Virus record (IMG/VR): IMGVR_UViG_2822225849_000004
Strand: one strand, 5' to 3'
Length of the DNA: 64,000 nucleotides
Source of the DNA: a virus
Part shown: positions 48,369-59,151 of the stretch, piece by piece
How positions within the stretch are numbered: position 1 is the first letter of the stretch
How the letters are laid out: each line of letters opens with the position of its first letter
Notes under the pieces: generated by a model
Told to the model about the DNA's origin: nothing
The model's input: the letters and a program-made list of their open reading frames with translations, nothing else
Database searches by the model: none
Translations under genes and position numbers: made by a program

Positions 48369-51083
48369 ATGGTTGAAGAAAGTAGAAGTGAATTATTAAA
48401 TAAAGCATTGGCATTTGTTAAAGAACATGAAAATGATAGTGATGAAAAACAACAAGCTCAAATGTGGGTAAGAGATTTTTTAGAAACATTTGGAGTGCCA
48501 TATCAAAAGATTAAGTTAGGTTTCGAATGGCGTGTAAATATAGATGGGAACACTAAATTTGTTGACCACTTGCTAAACGGAACATTATTAATAGAAATGA
48601 AGTCTAGAGACAAAGACTTGGATAAAGCAAAGTCACAAGCTTATCGTTATGTAATGAATTTATCTAATGAGGACTTACCAAAATATGTGATGCTTTGTAA
48701 TTTTAATCGTATCCGTTTATATGATCTTGCTAGTGATAATGTATGGGAGTTCTCTGTAACTGATTTATCTAAATATATAGATTTATTTGGTTTTTTAGTA
48801 GGGAAACAAATAAACGTAGAAATTCCAAAAAACCCTGTAAATGAGCAAGCCGCTAAGATGATGGAAGCTCTTCATAAAAAGTTACTAGAATCCAAGTATC
48901 CACGTAACTATGCAGATTTACTTATGACACGTATTATATTCTGTTTATTCGCAGATGATAGCGGTATTTTCCAGCAAAATCAGTTTACAAATTATTTGAT
49001 GAACGAAACTAGAGAAGATGGGAGCGATCTTGTAGATCGTTTAGCTGTTCTATTCCAAGTATTAAACACCCCTGAAAATGAGCGTTTTCAAGCTGATGTA
49101 TTAAAAAAATTTCCTTATATCAATGGTGGCTTATTTGAACATCCTCAACTTACTGGATTACCATTAACCACAGAAATACGAACGCACTTGATTGAAACTT
49201 CAATACTTGATTGGAGCCGAATCTCACCAGTAATCTTTGGTTCTATGTTTGAAGCAGCTATGGATGATACTCGTAGACATAATTTAGGAGCGCACTATAC
49301 ATCTGAAATCAACATCATGAAGGTTATCAATAGTTTATTCCTAGAAGATCTAAAAAAGGAATTTGAGCACCTTTGCACATTGAAACACGGTCGTGAAAGT
49401 AGATTAAAAGAGTTTCATGATAAACTATCAAATTTGAAATTCCTCGATCCGGCGTGTGGTTCAGGAAACTTTCTTATCGTTGCATATCGTGAACTAAGAA
49501 GACTAGAACATGAGGTTATTGATGAGATTGTTCAGGGACAAATGGTACTTGATATTAATGAATTAATTAAAGTTGAGGTAGCACAGTTCTACGGAATAGA
49601 GATTGTACCTTACGCTGTTTCTATTGCTAAAGTTGGCTTATGGCTTATGGATCATTTGATGAATGTTGAAGCCAGTGAATTATTCGGACGATTATTCTTA
49701 CGATTACCATTGCATGCGGGGGCGAACGTAGTAAATGCTGATGCACTAGAAGTAGATTGGCAAGAAATTATTCCAACGGATGAATTGGATTACATTTTAG
49801 GAAACCCTCCGTTTTTAGGCGCAAAAAAAATGACTAAAGAAAATAAAGAAACATTAAGTAAAATCGCCCCTAAAATGAAGGGCATTAAAAATTTGGACTT
49901 TGTTGCTGGCTGGTTTATTAAGTCAGCTAGATTAATGAATGAAAATCCAAATATAAAATCCGCTTTAGTTTCAACAAATTCCATTGCACAAGGAATTCAA
50001 GCGACATTGTTGTGGAGAGAGCTGCGAACTTTAAACATCAATATAAATTTTGCCCATCAGACTTTTGTTTGGGATAATGAAGCAAATGTTATGGTAGTTA
50101 TAATCGGTTTCTCAATGCATAATTCAAAAGAAAAACATTTATTTACCTATCCAAACATGAAAGATGCTCCTATTATTAATGGTGTAAATTCTATTAATGA
50201 ATATCTAATTGATGAGCAATTTTTATTAATAGATCCTAATACTAGAACTCAAGTTTCGGGTTATCCACCAATGACTTTGGGAAGTCTTCCTTTAGATAAT
50301 CAACAATACATAGTCTCGGAAGATCGAAAAGATGAAATCATTAAAAAATACCCTGAGATGGTAAGCTATATTCACCCTTACTTTGGCAGCCAGGAACTGC
50401 TTGAACCTAACAAGCATAAAAGGTTTATTATTTACACTAAAGATATTCCGTTTAAATTACTAACGAAAATGCCTGATATACAAAAACGTGTAGAAAACGT
50501 GAAGGAGTTCAGGCTGACTGTTGCTGAAGAGGATAGAAAATTAAGCAAAACACCTTTGGTATTTAAGCGTGATAGGTATTGGAAACAAGATGTACTGATT
50601 GTTCCTAGAACGAGTTCAGGCGCAAGAGATTACGTTCCAATGGGCTATTTTGATTCAAGTGTAATTGTTAGTGATGCTGCTTATCAAGTAGCTGATGCTT
50701 CTTTATTATTGTTTGGCTTCCTAGAATCTAAAATGCACACTGTATGGATTAATCTGGTTGCAGGGAAGCTAAAATCAGATTTTAGGTATTCTAATACCCT
50801 TTGTTACAATACTTTCCCAATACCAAATGTTAATGATAAAGATCAAGAAAAGATTAAAAATATATCTAAACAAATATTAGATACAAGAGAAAAATACTTC
50901 AAGGAAGGAAATAGTCTTCGGGATTTATATGGTAGAATTATGCCAACCGATCTACAGTTGTTACATGAGAGGTTGGATAAAGCAATTGAAATTTTGTATA
51001 GAAAAGCAGCATTTAATTCGGACGTGGAAAGAGTAAAGCATCTAATCAAACTATATCAAAAACTAGTTAGTAAAAAAATATAA
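48369..51083 (+). CDS. MmeI-like type IIL restriction-modification enzyme (endonuclease + N6-adenine MTase + TRD)
   Basis: LLIEMKS nuclease motif; GAHYT; FLDPACGSGNFL (motif I); ILGNPPF (motif IV); C-terminal RYSNTLCYNTFPIP. Confidence 0.9.
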   Translation: MVEESRSELLNKALAFVKEHENDSDEKQQAQMWVRDFLETFGVPYQKIKLGFEWRVNIDGNTKFVDHLLNGTLLIEMKSRDKDLDKAKSQAYRYVMNLSNEDLPKYVMLCNFNRIRLYDLASDNVWEFSVTDLSKYIDLFGFLVGKQINVEIPKNPVNEQAAKMMEALHKKLLESKYPRNYADLLMTRIIFCLFADDSGIFQQNQFTNYLMNETREDGSDLVDRLAVLFQVLNTPENERFQADVLKKFPYINGGLFEHPQLTGLPLTTEIRTHLIETSILDWSRISPVIFGSMFEAAMDDTRRHNLGAHYTSEINIMKVINSLFLEDLKKEFEHLCTLKHGRESRLKEFHDKLSNLKFLDPACGSGNFLIVAYRELRRLEHEVIDEIVQGQMVLDINELIKVEVAQFYGIEIVPYAVSIAKVGLWLMDHLMNVEASELFGRLFLRLPLHAGANVVNADALEVDWQEIIPTDELDYILGNPPFLGAKKMTKENKETLSKIAPKMKGIKNLDFVAGWFIKSARLMNENPNIKSALVSTNSIAQGIQATLLWRELRTLNININFAHQTFVWDNEANVMVVIIGFSMHNSKEKHLFTYPNMKDAPIINGVNSINEYLIDEQFLLIDPNTRTQVSGYPPMTLGSLPLDNQQYIVSEDRKDEIIKKYPEMVSYIHPYFGSQELLEPNKHKRFIIYTKDIPFKLLTKMPDIQKRVENVKEFRLTVAEEDRKLSKTPLVFKRDRYWKQDVLIVPRTSSGARDYVPMGYFDSSVIVSDAAYQVADASLLLFGFLESKMHTVWINLVAGKLKSDFRYSNTLCYNTFPIPNVNDKDQEKIKNISKQILDTREKYFKEGNSLRDLYGRIMPTDLQLLHERLDKAIEILYRKAAFNSDVERVKHLIKLYQKLVSKKI

Positions 51084-52317
51084 ATATTTAAATGCATCAC
51101 TAATTAATTAGTTATATGAAGATCCATAAAACTCTAATTAATTTGCTGTTTAGATGATTGTTTTTAAGATTTAAAATAAATTCACAATAAAATATCAATT
51201 TCATTTTTAATAGAAAAAAGGGAAATCGTATCAGTGTATTTTTACAAATATGATTTCCCTTTTTATTTAGGTTATCAAGAAAGTTTTCAGATTGAATCGT
51301 ATAGACTTTTAGAAGTTAAGTTGATGATTTGTATTTGATCTTCATAAAAATCAACAGTGAGCGTTAGAGGGCTTTTGATATAATTTGAGATTATGAAAGT
51401 TACTTTTCACCTCAATAGTCTACATGAATTCCTTTTTTATCTATTAGATTGTAGTATTCATCATATAAAATATCCAATAACATCCATTTTTCTTCATTAC
51501 TTAAAATTTGGATAGCTTCTACTACATCCTTAGCAGTAATCTCAATTTCATCATAAGTCCTTCTGCATTTTATCATTCCATCTCCCAAATTAATCGCTTC
51601 TTAATTTGTTTGATAAGAATTTCCTTTATTGATTGTACTGATTATTATGAGGATTAAAAAATGTTAATTTTCATTTTACGTTCGTCGTCTTCTCTATATA
51701 AGTAATATCAGGAGGGATTAAATTGCTTCCAACAAAAGAACAGTTGACAAAATATTTATCTGATAAGATGACAAACCAAGATATTACGAAGATTTACAAC
51801 ATAACTTTCCAAGAAATAATTTAACTTATAAAGAAATATAAGGTTGATCTAAATGAACTTCGAAAGGTAAACAAATATATTGTCTATGGGCATTGGCTTG
51901 CGCCTTATATTTTTATATTTTTATATTTTTATATAATAAAATACAATTTGTAACTATAAGGTAAATACTGTTAAAATATAATTACAATGGAGGTGTTTAG
52001 ATTGAACAAGATGACTTTGGTCTTACTTTTGTTTCAGTAGGTATTACATTCTTACTGCTATCATTAACAGTATCGTTACCAACTGTATCATGGGCAGTTT
52101 CACTTGGTACAAGTATTGTACTGAATTTCACAGGTACTGCAATTTTAATGCAGTTTATCAAAACAACAAAAGAGAGTATATTGTGAAGTGACAATAAATT
52201 CATTTAAGAACAAATAAAGTTGTTTAACGAAGATGGATATAACATTAGGTTTTTATGCCATTTTTCATTTCTTTGTATAATAAGAAAAGAATATTTCGAT
52301 ATTCAGTAATTGAATAA

Positions 52318-53802
52318 ATGGGCGGTAATTTTAACTTACTTGGGGGAATGAAGGTGCAACACGATATTCGATTGAAAATTATTGACTTAAATTTAGGTCT
52401 AAAAATATTAAAAGGATTTGAAGATAATTGGATTTATGTAAAGATGGTGTCATTTGCTTCAAATGACAATGATAATTGTGCTTATTTTAAATTTAAATTA
52501 AAAAATTTTGAGATTTTTGATAATAACTTATTCTTTTATGGCAATGAAGATGAGGATAGATTGTTTTTAAACAAAAAAAATATTTTACAAACAGAATGTT
52601 CCTTTAATGAAGATGAAATCCTTTTTATAATGAATTCTTCAGATGGAATTATAGAGGTATTTATAAAAAAATATCTTCCTATTTTAAATGTAAGATTAGA
52701 AGAGTTAACTAACCCAAGGAGTAATATAATTATTACCGAAGGTCAAACGGATTGGAAACATTTAAAACACGCCCTGAAGAAGTTAAATGAAAACGATATG
52801 TTTAGTGAGTTAAATATATCATTTTTGGAATACGATCAAAAAACAGACATGGGCAATTTTACTTTAAAAAAAATTCGTGACTATCATGCACTATTGGAAA
52901 ATGAGTATTGTAAAATATTTATTTTTGATAGAGATGTTGATGAGATTAATAATGAATTTGGAAATAAGGAAGTGCTCTATCATGGAAATAACGTTTATTC
53001 TATGTTATTGCCAGTACCAGAACATCGTAAAAACACACCTAATATTAGTATTGAACACTATTATTTGGACAAGGATTTATTTAGAAAAGATAATAATGGC
53101 CGAAGACTATATATGGTAAAAGAATTCGATAAAATTACGAAAAAACATCTTCTACTTCCTAATTTATATGCTACAAAGATAAAAAAAGAACATAGTGATA
53201 TACGTATTTTGGATGAAAGAATTATGAAGTACGAAGAGCAAGAAATAGATTTTTCAAAAATAGCTCAAAACGGTATAAATATTGCCTTAAGTAAAAGTAA
53301 TTTTACTAAATGTATTGAAAATGAAGAATTTAAAGAAGTAGATTTAACAGTATTTACACCAGTATTTTTATTGATTGAAGAGATTTTAAAAGATCATATG
53401 CAAAAAAATTATGGGGAAATAGAGATAAGTAAAAATGTATATTTGAAAGAATATCCTTCAGGTATAAATGTTTTATCTTTATATTCGGAAATAAAAGAAG
53501 AACTATTACTTCTTTATAAAGGTACAAATTCATTACGTATTGCACCTTTTGTATTAAAAAAACAGAATAAATTAATAATAAATGTAGAAGCTTATATTAA
53601 TGAAGAATATCGTCAAATTATAGCTTTTCCTATAGATATCAATCCTAGCTTAAAGAATTTTGTAATAAATAAAAATAATAATAGATTTAATCGTATAGAG
53701 CTTCATTTATTTAACCCGAATAGAAAAATAAGTTCCTCAAGGGAAATTCTGAAAGACGATATTTCAGGAATGCTCTTATTAAGAGAGCTTGATATGATAT
53801 AG
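52318..53802 (+). CDS. TOPRIM-domain protein of the retron/OLD effector type, with unknown N- and C-terminal domains
   Basis: IIITEGQTDWKHL, IFIFDRD (DxD), ISIEHYY..D...GRRLY, LSKSNF motifs. Confidence 0.7.
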   Translation: MGGNFNLLGGMKVQHDIRLKIIDLNLGLKILKGFEDNWIYVKMVSFASNDNDNCAYFKFKLKNFEIFDNNLFFYGNEDEDRLFLNKKNILQTECSFNEDEILFIMNSSDGIIEVFIKKYLPILNVRLEELTNPRSNIIITEGQTDWKHLKHALKKLNENDMFSELNISFLEYDQKTDMGNFTLKKIRDYHALLENEYCKIFIFDRDVDEINNEFGNKEVLYHGNNVYSMLLPVPEHRKNTPNISIEHYYLDKDLFRKDNNGRRLYMVKEFDKITKKHLLLPNLYATKIKKEHSDIRILDERIMKYEEQEIDFSKIAQNGINIALSKSNFTKCIENEEFKEVDLTVFTPVFLLIEEILKDHMQKNYGEIEISKNVYLKEYPSGINVLSLYSEIKEELLLLYKGTNSLRIAPFVLKKQNKLIINVEAYINEEYRQIIAFPIDINPSLKNFVINKNNNRFNRIELHLFNPNRKISSSREILKDDISGMLLLRELDMI

Positions 53803-54092
53803 AGGACTATATTTAATATTTCTACTCATATATGCTTAAACTAAGTGACCTAATAATTGAGGGAACTTAGTTTTTTGCTATAAAAATCAATATCATTGTT
53901 ATTGATTGTAAGAACTTTCTACAATGTTAAGGACTATTGATATGCACTTTATGAGTTAGGGTGTAGAGGGCAGCAAGCGAAGCGCGGTAGTGAATGAACA
54001 ACTTCATAGTAGGGTGACCAGAGAGTTTTTGATGGCCTTAGAATTGAGAAGTATAAAATAAAAGCCCCTTGACATTCAAGGAGTTTCTCGTA

Positions 54093-54139
54093 TGATTCCG
54101 AATGGGTTCGAACCAACGACCTCCACCCTGTCAAGGTGG
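54093..54139 (-). other. att site: 3' half of tRNA-Val(GAC)
   Basis: Reverse complement reads ccaccttgacagggtggaggtcgttggttcgaacccattcggaatca (anticodon arm, T-arm, acceptor 3' strand); similarity stops at the anticodon stem. Confidence 0.85.
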
Positions 54140-54354
54140 AGGTTTATTTATTCACGTTTCTTATAACGGTTAAACCGTTGATATAACTGTATTTCAAAGT
54201 GTTTTTCATGGTTTGTAATTTTATTTTCAACCTCAATACTCTTCGGCTAAATACCTCTAACACTTTGTTCAATAATTTTTGTAATTATTCAATTCTAGGG
54301 CGTCTGTATGAAGCGATATGAACGTTAAAAAATGCACTAAAAAACAAAACAGCG

Positions 54355-54825
54355 ACAAAAGTGTTTTGTAAAGCACTAATATATGAGGGGTATTTTATAT
54401 AAACATAAAATGTTCAATTTTTGGTCTAGTTAAGCACTTAATATATGAGGGGGTTATTTCTTAAAGCAAAAAATACGAACAAAATGCCTGACTTAGGGGC
54501 TTTATTAATGAAGACATTGTTTATAAATACAAAACACATACAAAAGTACTTTGTAAAGCACTAATATATGAGGGATATTTTTCAAATAAGTAAAACAGCA
54601 ACAAAACACCTTATTTGAAGGTGTTTTGTATGAAGGGTGCTTTTACTTAGATATGAAAGGTTAACAAAAGTGTTTTGAAAACCACTAATACATGAAGGGT
54701 TATTTATACAATGGTTGCAAAAGTGCCTTCATAAACACTATATTAATGAGTGGTATTTTATTTGAAGTATCAAAAGGTTAACAAAATACCTTTGTTGAAG
54801 GCATTATTAATGAGAGGTGTTTTTT
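54355..54825. repeat. Array of 8 degenerate ~61-bp units, most with an internal dyad
   Basis: ATGA(G/A)G motif at 54383, 54445, 54508, 54568, 54630, 54692, 54746 and 54810; ACAAAA 22-23 nt upstream in most units. Confidence 0.85.
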
Positions 54826-55428
54826 TTCTATTCAATTCAGATTATTGAGTGTGAAGTATAACTCCTCGGAAAAACTAATTATATTTTTTCTTACGATAGC
54901 CATTAGTTTATTCCTTTTTGTAGAAAGGTGGATATTCACACCCTTCTTTTTTATTTTCAATTTCTAATGGAGGTTAAATCAAATGAAAGAAATTATTATC
55001 AACAAGGTTGATGTTATTAAAGATATTGATTCTGTGAAAGAAGATGAGATGGGTTAGATACCGTTTTAGCAGAGAGTGAACGTATCTTGAATAAAGTTAA
55101 TATGCGTCTTGAACGTATTGAGCAAAGGCACAAGGAAATAGAAGATAAAGTAATGGAATTGAATGATTTATTTTCTTAGGTAGAAATCACAAAAAAAGAA
55201 ATAGGGTGATGAGCAAGGATGTTAGAATTAGTTTTAATAACTGCTACAACTGTTTTTGCTATGTTGTTTGTTGGGTTACTTTCTGTTACTAAGAAAGATT
55301 CATTTAATCGTGAAGAACGCCTTTTAAATCATATTGAAAAACAGGAAATAAAAAAGGTGAAGGTAACCATGATGACTGTGTAATTGCTATTGCGTTAGCG
55401 GTTCAAGGGAAAAAAGTGAATAAATGGT

Positions 55429-56064
55429 ATGTTTAAGCAATATAATGTTATTTTGTTTTGTATAATATATAAATATTGTAAAAGAAGGGAGCAGGGGGAA
55501 ATGAGTGTTCATAGAGTAGATTTAGAATTTAATTACAAAGGTAGAATAATTTCAGCCAGACAAGACATGTTTTTTATTGATGGTAAAAGAGTAAAAGATA
55601 AACTTATATTCAGATACAATGATATTAATGTATCGGTATCCTTTGATAGTGATATAGATATTACAGAACGTGTTGGAGAAAATGAATGTAGCATAATAGA
55701 CAAACTAGGAAAAGAAGATTATAAAACACTTGAAAATTTCAGAGAGAGAATAAGAGGAATTGAGAAATCACATGTTGTCATAAATAACAAGGTTTATAAC
55801 TATCAACATGATAATTCTACAGGGTATCATATAATGGTATTACCGATGCAAGATGGTACTCGTATTTTGGGTGATTCGCCAATTGAATATATAAATAATC
55901 TAGTTAGAAAAGATAAACAAAAGACGTTTGAAAATTTAGTTTACAATGTTAAGCGGTATCATAAAGAAACAGGGATAGAACCAGATGAGATGGCTGTAGA
56001 TGAGAAATTAACGTTGGAATATATGGAGATACAGATTTGGATTAATAGGAAAATTAAAGAGTAA
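55429..56064 (+). CDS. Hypothetical protein (likely start ATG 55501)
   Basis: Open frame with RBS gggagcaggggg before 55501. Confidence 0.55.
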   Translation: MFKQYNVILFCIIYKYCKRREQGEMSVHRVDLEFNYKGRIISARQDMFFIDGKRVKDKLIFRYNDINVSVSFDSDIDITERVGENECSIIDKLGKEDYKTLENFRERIRGIEKSHVVINNKVYNYQHDNSTGYHIMVLPMQDGTRILGDSPIEYINNLVRKDKQKTFENLVYNVKRYHKETGIEPDEMAVDEKLTLEYMEIQIWINRKIKE

Positions 56065-56122
56065 AACTAAACATCCTTATATTAAGGATGTTTTTGCCTT
56101 ATAAGAAGGAATTTGTCTTCTT

Positions 56123-56449
56123 TTGCCGAATTTAAGGTTCGGAAGGAGAGAAATCGTTATGACTTTAGAAGAATTATTATCTTATGATGGGTACGATTAT
56201 AATAAAATTCATAATTTTGTTGTTACAAAAGGTTTGCAAAATGTAACTCCTGATGATTTAGATAAGATTGTTGAGAAGTATGGAAAAGATGTATTAGGAA
56301 TTGTGGATTTTTTTAATTTGTATAGTATTGTTTCAACTAATTATGCGAACAAAACAATGAAAAAGTGGACAATCTGTACAGGGATAATGACTATAATTGT
56401 AACAATTGCTACAGTTATCAATTTAATATTATTCGCAAGTACCCTTTAA
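56123..56449 (+). CDS. Hypothetical protein with a C-terminal transmembrane helix
   Basis: RBS ggaaggag before ATG 56159; hydrophobic C-terminus. Confidence 0.55.
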   Translation: MPNLRFGRREIVMTLEELLSYDGYDYNKIHNFVVTKGLQNVTPDDLDKIVEKYGKDVLGIVDFFNLYSIVSTNYANKTMKKWTICTGIMTIIVTIATVINLILFASTL

Positions 56450-56453
56450 TAGG

Positions 56454-57330
56454 GTGCTTTTTATTTTGGAAAGGAAGAAAGAAATGTATATTCAAGATTA
56501 TATTAAAGCTGTTCACAATGGTAATCCATTCTGGTTTAAGAATGAAGTGAATAATTATGAAAATCAAAAACGTGTTTTAGACATTATTCGTAAAAGAGAA
56601 TATCTAGATGGGAAACACGCTATTTTAAATCGTGGGGGGGAAGAACTATAACGGAAAACCATACGAACCACGTAAAATTTTACTTCAATATGGTAAATTA
56701 ATTGTCAATTTGGAGGCAACGTATCTACTGAAAAATCCTGTAACAGTGATAGGAGATGAGAAAATTATAGTCGATTTTAAGAAGGTTTATAAGAAGGGGA
56801 AATATGACAAGGTTGATTTTGACATTCTTATTCATATTGTCAAATACGGTAACGTATATGAATATGTTTACGTAAATAAAAAAGGGCAATTTACAATGAT
56901 GAATTAGAAATGGTTGCCAGAAACATCAATGAAGATTCTTTATCAGTTGGCAGACATGAAGGCAGGTATTAATTAGAAGTTTATGCGTGAAGGTTTACGA
57001 GAACGCTTTGAGAAGATTGCAACCTTGTTAGAGCGAATGGGTAAATCATATGAAGAAGATGATATTGATTCATTAGACATTGTGTTCCATTATGCTAGTC
57101 CAGTGAATGAGAGTGATGTTATTGATAACCTTATAAAGTTACATGGTAGGAGTGTAATTAGTGATAAGAGTATTATTGACATTACTCCATATATTACAGA
57201 TACATATGTTGAGTTAGAACGGATTAAACAGCAAGCAACAGCACGTAAGGTTGTGGAGCAACCTAATGTATCTAATGAAGGTGCAGACAAAGAGCATGTG
57301 ACGGATAAGAGCGAAGAAGTAACAAAGTAA
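56454..57330 (+). pseudogene. SPP1 gp6-like portal protein, frameshifted and internally deleted
   Basis: Pieces REYLDGKHAIL / YGKLIVN..ATYLLKNPV...KYGNVYEY / GLRERF...DIVFHYASPVNESDVI...TPYITDTYVELERI are the N- and C-terminal ends of a portal. Confidence 0.75.
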
Positions 57331-58264
57331 CATAAAGTATAGAGGATATGTTATAGCGTTAGTGTAATAGAGAACGTGTCAACAGAAGGGGGTAGAGAGG
57401 TGAGGGGATATACCTTTTAGTACACACCTATTAAATATATAACATGTAACAATGAAGCAGATGATGTGAACAAAGAGGAGGGCAAAAAGAGACATCAACA
57501 TCAAGCAACGTAGATCATCACTGAAAGGCATCGAAGGCAAAAGGTGAGAGACAATGATCTGTTATCATAGTGTGAGTATTGAACAGATAGGGAGAATCCT
57601 TGTGTTTAAAGGGGAATATGGCGTGAATTAGATGTAATTATAATAACCGAACAATGGAATTTTAGTGATGAGGTTGTTGTATATGCGATTTTAGTTAACA
57701 TACTTACACTTATAGGAAGTTATTTAATATAAATGTGATGTGTAAATATTGTTATATCAAAGTTTATATTTGGTTTTTCGGAGATTATATTATAAAAAAG
57801 TACGTTCATTTACATAAGTGAAAGATGCGAACATTAATATTTATATCGTTATCATTGTTCGTTAATTAATTTGTGATAAGTATTCCTATAAGATACGTTA
57901 TAAGGTACTTTGTAAGTGGAATTGTTAAAATGTATGTTTTACTCCATAAATTAAAAAGTTGCGTCTAGCCACCCCCTCAACACACTCTCAAAAAAATTAG
58001 ACATGTCCACAAAGAAAGGAGGTAAAATCGTTGAGTGATTTTGAGTCCACAACATCATATATTGAATCTGTTATAAATCTACCAAAGCAATCATTCTCAT
58101 TTTTGAAAAAATGTATCCTCTCACAATTCCCAATGCTAAAACTAATCAAGAATAAACATCCATTTATTACAACGTAACAATATAAAGTTTTATACCCTTA
58201 TGTTGCAGATTACTTATTAAAAGATATCAACCTTTATGATGTAACGGTTCTTCACTACGAAGAT

Positions 58265-58885
58265 ATGGATTCTAAAAATCATACTCTCAATGGTTTTATC
58301 TTAGTTAATAATACAACATGGGAACATCACAATTTTATTTTCACTTATGATTGCGATTGGTTATATAATAAACAATCTTTTGAAGTAGAACAACACATTC
58401 AAGAGCGTATAAACAAATTGGTTTATAACACTTACGAATGTTTAATATATAACAAATCTTTAGTAAAGGAGAATCTTTTTATGAGTAATATTCAAAGATT
58501 GAAAATGGAAATCGCAGGTATCGAATTACCTAATGAAGAGTTACTTATTTATTTGGAGGAAAGTAATTTGAATGGTGATATGGAATATAATTCAGCATCT
58601 AAGATACACAAAAGAGCAATCTATGAAACAGTTGTAACTCCAATGGATATTAAAGCGTTTGGTGAAACAACTAAAGATTCGGATGGTGTGGTTACTTATA
58701 CATGGGGTAAAGATATTAATGCTGAAAATTATTCTGGTTTTGTTGGTTATACTCTTTACTTGTATCAGAATGGTACTTATTCTCATTTGATAAATTTTAA
58801 TAAAGATACAACGTCTTATAAATGGATTAACAGAAGTAAAGGTAATTATTCTGGTCAGATTGTAGTTAGGTTTGTTGATGGTTAG
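58265..58885 (+). pseudogene. Chimeric remnant of phage structural genes (head-tail adaptor-like part plus beta-rich part)
   Basis: Internal MSNIQRLKMEI...YLEESNL adaptor-like segment; the upstream frame is broken by a stop. Confidence 0.4.
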
Positions 58886-58966
58886 ACCACAATGCTGGGC
58901 TCTATAAAGTATTTTGAAAATGCTATTGTGCAAGACAAATTTATAGAAAACCCTTGGTAATTTGGA

Positions 58967-58995
58967 TTGACAATACAGAGAAAATATGACAATTT
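58967..58995 (+). promoter_or_regulatory. Sigma-A promoter for the ncRNA-SLATT-RT cassette
   Basis: Perfect TTGACA (58967-72), 17-bp spacer, extended -10 TGnCAATTT; predicted start site ~59001-59002, the first base of the RNA stem. Confidence 0.55.
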
Positions 58996-59001
58996 AATAT
59001 A

Positions 59002-59121
59002 AGGTAAGGAAAAGTTTTCTATTCGACTTTGTACTTATATACAAGGTATTACTAATCAATTACATAAAATGATTCCATTAGGAATATTAATCGTAACCAT
59101 TTGTAAACTCTTTCCTTACCT
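59002..59121 (+). ncRNA. Predicted RT-associated structured ncRNA
   Basis: Closing stem aggtaaggaaaagttt (59002-17) with aaactctttccttacct (59105-21, one bulge); internal hairpins 59027-46 and 59072-85. Confidence 0.75.
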
Positions 59122-59151
59122 AATTAATACTAAATAGTCATAGGAGTTAAA

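Noticed and set aside
53950-54060. GC-richer segment gggtgtagagggcagcaagcgaagcgcgg as an oriT or ssDNA origin
   Set aside because: The resemblance is only superficial; no relaxase or rep gene is nearby and I could not identify a nick site.
54355-54825. CRISPR array
   Set aside because: Units are degenerate throughout, with no invariant repeat alternating with unique 30-40-nt spacers, and no cas genes are present.
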